The translations under genes were made by a program, and so were the position numbers. A stretch of DNA of 64,000 nt, from positions 1 through 64,000 of the forward strand of contig CAWVRN010000010.1 of assembly GCA_963932905.1 (NCBI GenBank), given 5' to 3'. Under the pieces are notes generated by a model. It saw only the letters and a program-made list of their open reading frames with translations. It ran no database searches and was not told the DNA's origin. This document shows positions 43,142-51,667 of this stretch, piece by piece (position 1 is the stretch's first letter; every line of letters starts with the position of its first letter). The stretch is from an uncultured Bdellovibrio sp. Its GTDB lineage: Bacteria; Bdellovibrionota; Bdellovibrionia; Bdellovibrionales; Bdellovibrionaceae.

Positions 43142-45033
43142 TATTGATATCCTTTTTCACCGACACAGCGAACAACAATAGTTGAATCTGTCCGAGTTCT
43201 TACATCTGTGGCACCATTTCTAGAATCGAACACCCAAGCCTTGGTTAAATCCGTAGCGCGTGTCGTGCCTGTCCATTCCATATTTCCATTGCCTGACATA
43301 TCTGGCATGACATAGCGAATACCATTGTAGTCAGCCACTTCGTAGTCGTAGATTGTAGGAATACGCCATTTAACGTTAATAGGATTTGTACTTGTCTTAC
43401 CTTTAGCTAAAACATCGATTCGTGAATCCGTCGACGTTTCGTTTGTTCCTTCATAACAAGCCGATATGGCTTTTGTTATCCCGACTGGCTGAGTTTGATA
43501 AGTAGCGCTGTTGCAAAAGCCAGAACTATCGGCTGAATGCACGCCCGCCGCCTGGCACCAATTTAAAGTTTTAGAAACAACAGAGCTCCACAGTAACCCT
43601 GTACGTTCATCTCGCCATACCTCGCGATAGATGCCATCACCAGAAACATTTCCTGCCCGAGTCACTAATCTCCATGTTCCCTGACCGGCATTACCTTTAG
43701 TCGAACCCGTCCAGGTTGCATTGAAGTCATACTTATTCGCACAATCTATAATCCTATCAGAAATAGCTCCTGTAATACCGCAAGTAGAATTCCAGTTTAG
43801 TCGTAAAACTCCCGCGTCCAGTACGGACTGACTACCTTCATCGTCCAAAGCAATCGACGGAACCGACCGATAGCCCGCTGGCAGATTCACTTTATCTCGA
43901 TAACTGACAGATTCCGTGCTGAATGAAACCTGAGTGACATCCGATTCACGATGAGCCGCACTGGCCCACACGCCGTCGCCTTCGAACGAACCCATTACAT
44001 CGAAAATCTTTACACCATATTTAATATTTTGTGGTGACAAATCCGCATCAATCTCATCATAACCAACTTTGAAAAAACAGGATCCGTTATTGTCAGCGAT
44101 ACAATTATTACCTCGTCCGCCGTATGCAGCTGAATATACATACCAAGTTGGTGCCGTAGTTAAATTAGTGCGGCAAGAAACTGAAGTTGTGAAGCCAATA
44201 GAACGCGCATCCACGCAGCTATCTAAGGCTCCCATGCTAGATGCTGAGTCAGAAATTGTAACCGATCCACTTGGAATATTTAGCCAGCAACCTTTCAAAG
44301 ATGTCGATGTTCCACTACAATCTGTACGACCACCATCAACGGCCGAATACCAATAGTTAGTTGCACGCGCCGTACAGTTGTTAGCAACAGCCCCAGTACT
44401 TGAACAATCCAAGTCGTTGATCGGAGTTGTCGTGTTCATGCGCGTATTAACAGAATCAATCCAACAATCTGTAGTTAATTTCCCAGACGCATTCAAAGCA
44501 CAAATCGTTCCGCGACCACCATACTGAGATGTGTAGGCATAAAAAATACTCGACGATGTTCCCGAGACCATGCAACCGCTATCTTGTTCGTTGACACATT
44601 CGTCAGGCAAGCTCGTTACCATACTGCCATCAATGCCTAGAATATTTTTTCCTAAGCGGATTTTGCTTTGATTTGAAGAATTCAGATTTGCTTCTGTGAA
44701 TGTGACTTTAGTTTGTCCATCGTACCAACCCAGCGGAATGGCTAAAACAGAAAGGCCATTAGCACCCAAAAAAGATTTTCCAACTTGCGAACGGCCCCCG
44801 TAGGCAGAATCGTAAATGTAAGATCCAACTTTATCGACAATACATTCATTGGAATTGATTTCATTTGCTTTACACGACTTAGAGGCCACTAAACCAGAGC
44901 CATCGGTCTTTGTTCCAAAGGTGCTAACGCCCGGTCCACAGCCAAAATTTAAAAAGCTAGCAAACAACACTGTTGTAGCTAGTTTCAAGATCTGGTTTCT
45001 AGGTCTAAAATTTGAAACGATGGTCATTAGCAT
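43141..45033 (-). CDS. Cys-rich repeat lipoprotein with C-terminal DUF1566/Lcl-like domain (paralog of 41171-43141)
   Basis: Lipobox-like NFGC, about 21 Cys and four YGGR-type repeats. NIKYGVKIF, WRDERTGLLW, WRIPT, AWVF and VRCVG motifs. Confidence 0.72.
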   Translation of the reverse strand: MLMTIVSNFRPRNQILKLATTVLFASFLNFGCGPGVSTFGTKTDGSGLVASKSCKANEINSNECIVDKVGSYIYDSAYGGRSQVGKSFLGANGLSVLAIPLGWYDGQTKVTFTEANLNSSNQSKIRLGKNILGIDGSMVTSLPDECVNEQDSGCMVSGTSSSIFYAYTSQYGGRGTICALNASGKLTTDCWIDSVNTRMNTTTPINDLDCSSTGAVANNCTARATNYWYSAVDGGRTDCSGTSTSLKGCWLNIPSGSVTISDSASSMGALDSCVDARSIGFTTSVSCRTNLTTAPTWYVYSAAYGGRGNNCIADNNGSCFFKVGYDEIDADLSPQNIKYGVKIFDVMGSFEGDGVWASAAHRESDVTQVSFSTESVSYRDKVNLPAGYRSVPSIALDDEGSQSVLDAGVLRLNWNSTCGITGAISDRIIDCANKYDFNATWTGSTKGNAGQGTWRLVTRAGNVSGDGIYREVWRDERTGLLWSSVVSKTLNWCQAAGVHSADSSGFCNSATYQTQPVGITKAISACYEGTNETSTDSRIDVLAKGKTSTNPINVKWRIPTIYDYEVADYNGIRYVMPDMSGNGNMEWTGTTRATDLTKAWVFDSRNGATDVRTRTDSTIVVRCVGEKGYQ

Positions 45034-45182
45034 GTCATTGATCTATCGTCATTTTCTCAAGATTTATTGAGCCTGTCGCCACGTCCAGAAAATTAAAAAT
45101 GCCGCCTCATTATGAGACAGTTTTTATGACGTAAATATTCCATTTGCCTAAGTCTGTGATTTAATTCAAAGTCATCATTTCC

Positions 45183-46649
45183 ATGAGTCAAACAATACCA
45201 ATATTAGATTTAGGTGAAGAGTTCTTTGTTCCCGTTGTGGGCGGCCCTTTCACAGATCCCATATTGAGATATCGAAACCAAAAACAAGCCGTTTTTCTAG
45301 GTCTGGGCAAACTGACTGATGACGAATGGGTCAATCATTTCGGAAAATTTCGACCTCTTGAAAACAATTTACTGAATCCTTTAGCGATGAAATATCATGG
45401 TCATCAGTTTCAACATTACAATGCCGATTTAGGTGACGGTCGAGGATTTGTTTTCGCGCAATTTTTAAAAGGTAAACATCTATTTGAACTGGGCACAAAA
45501 GGTAGCGGACAAACACCCTATTCACGACGAGGCGATGGCAGATTAACTTTAAAGGGTGCGGTTCGCGAGCTCTTAGCGACTGATTATTTAGCCAAACAAA
45601 GGGTGTTAACCAGTCACACATTTTCTATCGTCGAAACCGCCGAAAAATTGGTTCGTCATGATGAACCATCTCCGACACGTTCGGCGGTTTTGTTTCGCTT
45701 AAGTCGCGGTCATATTCGTATCGGAAATTTTCAGCGTGCCTTGTTTTATCAAAACCGCGAAAACATTTTTAAACTTTTAGATTATTCACTAAAATATTTT
45801 TATCCCGAATTACCTATCACTGCCGATCCGAAAGAAAAAGTGGAATTACTTTTCAACAGCGTGACTTTGAGACTGGCGGATTTGTGCGCTTCCTATATGG
45901 TAGCCGGTTTTGTCCATGGTGTACTTAACACCGACAACATGAACGTTTCTGGTGAAAGCTTTGACTACGGCCCCTATCGCTTCCTGCCACACTATGATCC
46001 CTATTTTACGGCTGCTTATTTTGATCACGAAGGCCTTTACAGTTTTGGGCGCCAACCCCCTAGCTTTCTATGGAACCTAAATCAACTACGCGAGGTTCTT
46101 GCCTTTGCTGAACCAGCAGCCGACATGTCGCAACTGAACGACATTTTCGCGTTGCAGTTCAACGTTTTCTTTACATCTCGCTTTTTTAAAAAATTAAATT
46201 TAAAACCAAATGTAGCAGTCTCTGAAAATGATTTACTGACTGCCTTCATGTCGCTCTCGCCCGATTACTATTCAACGTCTGATTTTCCAGTTTTAAATAT
46301 AAACTCATTAAACGTGGCACCTATAAAGGAAATTAGCCAATCTGCATTTTTCGCTAATATTCAAAAAATTATCGAAAGTTTTTTCCAAGACCTATTTCAA
46401 AACAAAACTCGAGATTTTGAAACAGCGTTTTTGCAAATATTGAATTGGACACAAAAAGGACAACTAACAAGTTATTTTACAGATGACACTTTGGATTTAA
46501 TTAATCAGTATGCGACACCAATTAGTCAATTGACCGATGCACAGATTAAAATTCGAGATCAAAACTTGGTGATGGACGAGATAGAGAAAATTTGGGAACA
46601 GATTGATCAAAACGATGATTGGACTTTGCTCAACCATCGTTTGTCTTAA
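45183..46649 (+). CDS. selO: Protein adenylyltransferase SelO/YdiU
   Basis: YHGHQF, LGDGRG, KGSGQTPYSR.GDGR, GFVHGVLNTDN and DYGP motifs. Confidence 0.93.
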   Translation: MSQTIPILDLGEEFFVPVVGGPFTDPILRYRNQKQAVFLGLGKLTDDEWVNHFGKFRPLENNLLNPLAMKYHGHQFQHYNADLGDGRGFVFAQFLKGKHLFELGTKGSGQTPYSRRGDGRLTLKGAVRELLATDYLAKQRVLTSHTFSIVETAEKLVRHDEPSPTRSAVLFRLSRGHIRIGNFQRALFYQNRENIFKLLDYSLKYFYPELPITADPKEKVELLFNSVTLRLADLCASYMVAGFVHGVLNTDNMNVSGESFDYGPYRFLPHYDPYFTAAYFDHEGLYSFGRQPPSFLWNLNQLREVLAFAEPAADMSQLNDIFALQFNVFFTSRFFKKLNLKPNVAVSENDLLTAFMSLSPDYYSTSDFPVLNINSLNVAPIKEISQSAFFANIQKIIESFFQDLFQNKTRDFETAFLQILNWTQKGQLTSYFTDDTLDLINQYATPISQLTDAQIKIRDQNLVMDEIEKIWEQIDQNDDWTLLNHRLS

Positions 46650-46659
46650 CTAACTGATT

Positions 46660-46851
46660 TTACTTTTTGTCTTCAACTTTTTTATCTTCAACTTTTTTAT
46701 CTTCAGCTTTTTTATCACAACCGCAATCTTTGTGATCTTTGTGTTCCATTTTACAAGAACCGTCTTTGCAACCACCGCAGCTACCTTTGTGTGCACACGC
46801 ACCGAACACTAAAGACATACCTAGTAAACAGATCATAAATAAATTTTTCAT
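46660..46851 (-). CDS. Small Cys/His-rich lipoprotein
   Basis: Lipobox FGAC, then CGGC..SC..H..H..CGC and an (EDKK)x3 tail. AGGA RBS. Confidence 0.75.
   Translation of the reverse strand: MKNLFMICLLGMSLVFGACAHKGSCGGCKDGSCKMEHKDHKDCGCDKKAEDKKVEDKKVEDKK
46670..46714. repeat. 15-bp tandem repeat, three copies, coding
   Basis: TCTTCAACTTTTTTA x2 plus TCTTCAGCTTTTTTA. Confidence 0.9.
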
Positions 46852-46860
46852 AATATTCCT

Positions 46861-47490
46861 TTATACGTTTAAAACGTCCGAAGTTATCACACGAACGCCT
46901 TTTTGTTTTAAGTCTTCCCAGCGGAACTCCACTTTTTCTTCTGCTAATTTATAGGTCGGACATAGATCTCTAATCAAGGTCATTTTGTAACCCAGCTCCA
47001 TGCCATCCAGTGCTGTTTGAGTAATGCCCAAATCAATAGCGTTACCCAATACATAGACTTCTGTGATTTTTTTAAATTTTAGATATTCATCAAACAGAGT
47101 CTTTTCACCTTTACCTTTATCAAAAAACGCACTCCCTGTATCGTACATCGGGTTCATGCCTTTTTTGATAACATAGCTAAAATAGTAAACATCAAGAGCC
47201 GGATGAAATCCAGCCCCCGGGGTATTTTGTACGCAATGATCCGCCCATAAAATTTGGCGATCATGATGCAGTTCAATTTTATCTTCTATTTTTTTGCCGG
47301 GATTGTTTGAAGCAAATGCATGATGCTGAGCTTTGTGATAATCTTGAGAGGCCACAACCGCATCAAATTTCTTTCCAGATAGACGAAGCAACTGATTGAC
47401 TTTATCTACAAAGTCTAACGACTTAATAGACGGAATCGGACCATGAGAGAAAAAATCATTTTGTATATCGTGTACTAATAAACATTTCAC
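46861..47490 (-). CDS. pncA: Nicotinamidase/isochorismatase-family protein (catalytic Cys absent)
   Basis: DIQNDF, SQDYH, W.DHCVQNT.GA.FHP and KG motifs. Has GNAIDLGI where PncA has GLATDYCV. Downstream of nadE. Confidence 0.8.
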   Translation of the reverse strand: MKCLLVHDIQNDFFSHGPIPSIKSLDFVDKVNQLLRLSGKKFDAVVASQDYHKAQHHAFASNNPGKKIEDKIELHHDRQILWADHCVQNTPGAGFHPALDVYYFSYVIKKGMNPMYDTGSAFFDKGKGEKTLFDEYLKFKKITEVYVLGNAIDLGITQTALDGMELGYKMTLIRDLCPTYKLAEEKVEFRWEDLKQKGVRVITSDVLNV

Positions 47491-47512
47491 TCATTTAGTT
47501 TATTTAAATCTT

Positions 47513-49522
47513 TTAGGTTTTTAAATACTTTTCCTGAATCTCGAGGATTTCGCTCTCAAATGAGGACATTAGTACAGGATACCGGCACCACGTCTTTGGA
47601 TCTAGCGATTCATCATCTAAATGAAACGCCGGCGCGTATCGCTCCCTTTTCCATTGGTTACGCGACCAAAGGGTAAGGAACTTGATAGTGTATTTAGCCA
47701 AGTCCGTAACAGAATAAGATGGGAAATCAACTTTTAGCACTTCAACAATGTCCGATGGCCGTTGGCGATCACGAATGAACTCTTTTTCGATCGCGTTCAA
47801 AATATCATACGGCATTAAATCTGTTTCATCGGTTTGCTGCATTTTAGTTGGACGCAGTTCCGCTGTCGGTGGTTTCATGAACACGAATTTTAAGCTCATC
47901 AATGAACCCACACCTTGTGGACCGATTTCATTCATCCATTTTAGCCATCTATTTAAGAATGATTTATCGACACCAGCGATCGGACTAAAACCGCCGGATG
48001 TATCACCGTCCATTGTTGCATACCCCACCGCGGCTTCTGAACGATTGCTGGTGGCCAATAACAACGCATTTTTAATATTCGCCATCATCCACACACCAGG
48101 CGACCGAACGCGCGCTTGAATGTTTTGAAGTGCAATATCGTCAGCTTCCCAAGACAGCTTTCTTTGGATCACTGTTTCAACGAGTTGCTTATAATTTTCT
48201 TGAACCGCAGCGATACTCCAGTCATAGAAACTAGTACCTAGTTCTTTCGATAATTCTTGAGCCGCCCGTTTTGTTTCCACCGAAGAATTTTCTGAGCTTT
48301 GATATACAGTAGTCACTAGTGATTTAATAACATGCTGAATATCCCAGTCGGTTTTAAAAACCGATGGACCTAAATACTTTAATTTTTGAATGAACTTATC
48401 TTTACCTAAATATTTAAACGCTTCCGCTAAACACTTAACGGCCATGATTGTTACGACAGATGAATCCACGCCACCACTTAATGAAACCATAAATCCATGA
48501 GAACGACTTTTTCTTAAATAATCAAACAACCCCAAACAAACCGCACGGTAGAACTCTTCATTTTTTAATGGCTCCACACTCTCCCAAGCTGGATTTTCCA
48601 TTTTAGCGCGAACCGGAGCTAAAAACTTCCAGTTAAAGTCAGACGCAATTTGAGATTCTTCAGGAACACCCAATTCAGGTTTAAAGCTAGCTGTTTGCAA
48701 ACGACGAATACGATTAGCTTCGACATCGATAACCGCATCGTAAACTTCAAACTCGTTGAACGAGAATCGAGGACTTTCCATCACCAGCACACCGTTACTT
48801 GCGATCAAGGCACCGCCGTCAAAAATAATTCTACCCGATTCATTGCCTAATAAATTCGAATAAACATAAGCTACGCCAAAAGCGCGTGAACCTTCGATTA
48901 CGAAACGCTTACGAACTTCTTGTTTCCCAAATGCAAAATGCGAAGCACTTGGATTTAAAATAATATCAACACCTTTGCGCGACAGACTGGCCCCTACACG
49001 TTGAGCCACCCAAGCTTCTTCACATATTTCTAAACCGATTTTCAAACCACCGATTTCAAAAAAGTAATCGCCGATTTGAACGTCTTCGGTTACCTGTCCT
49101 ACTTTTAAGGTTAAAGTCTCTAGAGCTTGATTTTCCCAAGGACGGAACCAACGGTTTTCATAATGAACGCCATCGCCAGCTAAGAATTTTTTAGGAACCA
49201 ATCCTTTTAAATGACCATCAACGATGACTGCGTTCACATTAAACACGCTGCCTTTAAAAAACAGAGGTAAACCCAATGTGACTACTTTACCTCGGGTGAA
49301 CGGCAGCAATGAATAAAGAACTTCCAATGATTTTTCGCCTACAAATGGAGAGAAAAATGCATCTTCACAGCCATAACCTGAAATGCAGAGTTCAGGAAAA
49401 CAAACGATTTGGATACCCCGTTTGTCACACTCTAAAAGTGATAGCTTTATGTTTTCAAAGTTGCTTTCCCACGCCAGAGGTGTTTGATTTAAACTCACCG
49501 CTGCGACTCGTACATTCTTCAT
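47513..49522 (-). CDS. nadE: Glutamine-dependent NAD+ synthetase
   Basis: Nitrilase-fold N-domain (FPELC, EICEE) plus SGGVDS, QNIQARVR, GYATMDGD and PTAELRP motifs. Confidence 0.96.
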   Translation of the reverse strand: MKNVRVAAVSLNQTPLAWESNFENIKLSLLECDKRGIQIVCFPELCISGYGCEDAFFSPFVGEKSLEVLYSLLPFTRGKVVTLGLPLFFKGSVFNVNAVIVDGHLKGLVPKKFLAGDGVHYENRWFRPWENQALETLTLKVGQVTEDVQIGDYFFEIGGLKIGLEICEEAWVAQRVGASLSRKGVDIILNPSASHFAFGKQEVRKRFVIEGSRAFGVAYVYSNLLGNESGRIIFDGGALIASNGVLVMESPRFSFNEFEVYDAVIDVEANRIRRLQTASFKPELGVPEESQIASDFNWKFLAPVRAKMENPAWESVEPLKNEEFYRAVCLGLFDYLRKSRSHGFMVSLSGGVDSSVVTIMAVKCLAEAFKYLGKDKFIQKLKYLGPSVFKTDWDIQHVIKSLVTTVYQSSENSSVETKRAAQELSKELGTSFYDWSIAAVQENYKQLVETVIQRKLSWEADDIALQNIQARVRSPGVWMMANIKNALLLATSNRSEAAVGYATMDGDTSGGFSPIAGVDKSFLNRWLKWMNEIGPQGVGSLMSLKFVFMKPPTAELRPTKMQQTDETDLMPYDILNAIEKEFIRDRQRPSDIVEVLKVDFPSYSVTDLAKYTIKFLTLWSRNQWKRERYAPAFHLDDESLDPKTWCRYPVLMSSFESEILEIQEKYLKT

Positions 49523-49531
49523 TTAAGACTC

Positions 49532-50107
49532 CTAAAACAACACACTTAAACGTATAGAGGGACTCAATACCGAGACATTTTTCTTTTGATCGGCAGATTC
49601 ATTAATACCATCGAAGTATTTTTTATACTCGATATCGATAAAAGTGAATTGAAATCCAATCAACAACCAGCTCGATACGCGATCTAAGAGACAAATCGAA
49701 GCATAGTAGCCTTTACCTTCGCGCCATTCCTTGGCCTCATTCAAATCGGCTTTTTCTGTCGATTTGGAAATGGGCCCCCCTTCTAGCAAGAAAGGTCCTA
49801 GTAAAAAACCAATATTGGGAGCAAACGATTCTCGATGCCCACGCACATCGCCCGATGAAGACGTCTGGGTCATTTGAGTCGCTCCCACAAGAAAGCTTGA
49901 GCCCATAATGAACTGCAAACTAAAATCATACGAAGTTATACGTGTTTCTGTATTTGTGCCGACATTGATTTTTTCGTCTTTTGAGTATTGAAAGTAATTA
50001 ACACTGGTTAGAATTTCAGCGCGCCCAAATTGACTGAAACCTACAATTGTTAGTACAACCATACATGTTTTTAACCGGCTGAAAATCATCATAGAAACCC
50101 CAAACAC
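49532..50107 (-). CDS. Putative small outer-membrane beta-barrel protein
   Basis: Signal peptide, alternating beta-strand pattern and C-terminal Phe. Start may lie downstream. Confidence 0.55.
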   Translation of the reverse strand: MFGVSMMIFSRLKTCMVVLTIVGFSQFGRAEILTSVNYFQYSKDEKINVGTNTETRITSYDFSLQFIMGSSFLVGATQMTQTSSSGDVRGHRESFAPNIGFLLGPFLLEGGPISKSTEKADLNEAKEWREGKGYYASICLLDRVSSWLLIGFQFTFIDIEYKKYFDGINESADQKKNVSVLSPSIRLSVLF

Positions 50108-50160
50108 ATACGCGTCGCCGCAAAGTGTTATAAATATTTTTTGACTCTATCTTCTCTACT

Positions 50161-50718
50161 GTGATTCAAGAGGTCATGCAATTGGTTCTTTTAGTAATAA
50201 CTTTATTTTTAACTTCGATTTCAAGTTTCGCTGTACAGACATTTTCGGGCTACATCGTGCAAAATGGCAATCAGAGATCCCTAAAATCTGGTAATCAGCA
50301 CTATGTTCTAGTAGCCGACAATAGCGATGTTAAAACTCAGTTACACAAACTAAGAAACAAAGACTTCATTTCTGGCATTGGTAACATGCTTGGCAGTAAA
50401 ATCGTTCGCTTGGAAACAATCGATTTTGTTGGTTTAAGTAACTTCTTAGGTTTATGGATGTCACCAATGGGCATATTCCAAGTCACTGATTTTAGTAGTC
50501 TAAGCTTATACAAATCGTCATCAGGTTCTGGCAAATCAGCACTTAATTATTCAATTACTCCGGCTGATGGCGCTTCTTGGGGCATGTTCTTGACAGACGC
50601 TAATCAAATTTACTTTTCAAATCTAACGATAACTGAATCCAAAGCGTCGATTCGATTCTTTGACACTCAGACTGGCGCTTTCCAGAGAGAAGTTGCACTA
50701 AGTAAAATTTCACGATGA
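50161..50718 (+). CDS. Exported hypothetical protein
   Basis: Signal peptide (..ISSFA). ATGA overlap with hutG. Confidence 0.65.
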   Translation: MIQEVMQLVLLVITLFLTSISSFAVQTFSGYIVQNGNQRSLKSGNQHYVLVADNSDVKTQLHKLRNKDFISGIGNMLGSKIVRLETIDFVGLSNFLGLWMSPMGIFQVTDFSSLSLYKSSSGSGKSALNYSITPADGASWGMFLTDANQIYFSNLTITESKASIRFFDTQTGAFQREVALSKISR

Positions 50719-51665
50719 GCCTATTTGCTCTTCCCGATAAAAAATTATTTTTCTCTAAAAATGATCCTGGTGATTTGCGCTTAGGTGATGTTGTTGTTGC
50801 CGAAGCGAACCTCGAATCTGTCAATAACAAACTCGTTGTCGTTGGCTATCCTGACGATCGTGGTATTCAAGCCAATGGTGGCCGCCTTGGAGCGAAAGAT
50901 GGTCCGACAGGCATTCGCCAAATTCTGTATAAACTGGTAGCTCCGGCGGTCTTTCAAAACCAGATAACCGATATTGGTGATTTTTCTAAACCCAAAGATT
51001 TAGCTAATGATCAAACTTCAGTCCTTAGTGCCCTTGATGCGTTGAATGCTGGTAGTAACCGCATCCTATCACTTGGCGGCGGTCACGACTGGGCCTACTG
51101 CGATGTTAGTTCGTTTATCACTCGCGAACTGAAAAACAAACTGCGACCTTTGGTTATTAATATCGACGCTCATTTAGATGTTCGCTCGGATAAGAACGGC
51201 ATCAATTCAGGCACTCCATTTTTTAAAACCCTTGAGAAATTTCAGGATCAGTTTGACTTAATTCAAATCGGTATACAGCCTCACTGCAATTCTAAGAAAC
51301 ACCTTGAGTACGCAAAAAATAAATCCGTTGAAATCATCATGAAAGATGACGTGGAAAACAAAGGCATCAAAGCCGTGATGGATGCGATAGTAAGCAAACA
51401 CAAATCACAGCCGGTGTTTTTAAGCTTAGATATTGATGCGATCACGGCTAGCGAGGCTCCTGGTTGTTCACAATCTTGGCCCGGCGGTTTAACATTCAAT
51501 ACCGTAAAGTATATTTTGACTCAGCTAAATCGCTTTTCGGCTTGGAACCATTTAGGTATTTACGAAGTGGCGCCGCCGTTAGATGTTCAAAATATCACTC
51601 AAAAATCAGCGGCTCTCGCTGCTTATGAATTTATGATTCAAAGCGTGGGGTCACAAGGAGTTTAA
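50715..51665 (+). CDS. hutG: Formimidoylglutamase (ureohydrolase family)
   Basis: NGGR.GA..GP, GGGHD, NIDAHLDVR, NSGTPF and DIDA motifs. Confidence 0.85.
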   Translation: MSLFALPDKKLFFSKNDPGDLRLGDVVVAEANLESVNNKLVVVGYPDDRGIQANGGRLGAKDGPTGIRQILYKLVAPAVFQNQITDIGDFSKPKDLANDQTSVLSALDALNAGSNRILSLGGGHDWAYCDVSSFITRELKNKLRPLVINIDAHLDVRSDKNGINSGTPFFKTLEKFQDQFDLIQIGIQPHCNSKKHLEYAKNKSVEIIMKDDVENKGIKAVMDAIVSKHKSQPVFLSLDIDAITASEAPGCSQSWPGGLTFNTVKYILTQLNRFSAWNHLGIYEVAPPLDVQNITQKSAALAAYEFMIQSVGSQGV

Positions 51666-51667
51666 TT

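Noticed and set aside
35386..45033. Prophage tail-fibre cluster
   Set aside because: All four proteins have Sec or lipoprotein signals, and no integrase, capsid, terminase or baseplate genes are nearby.
41171..45182. Complete diversity-generating retroelement
   Set aside because: No reverse transcriptase, Avd or template repeat is visible, and differences between the two 3' ends are not adenine-specific.
45183..46649. Selenocysteine in SelO
   Set aside because: The ORF ends in TAA with no in-frame TGA or C-terminal Cys/Sec motif.
46670..46714. CRISPR array
   Set aside because: These are short head-to-tail coding repeats with no spacers and no cas genes.
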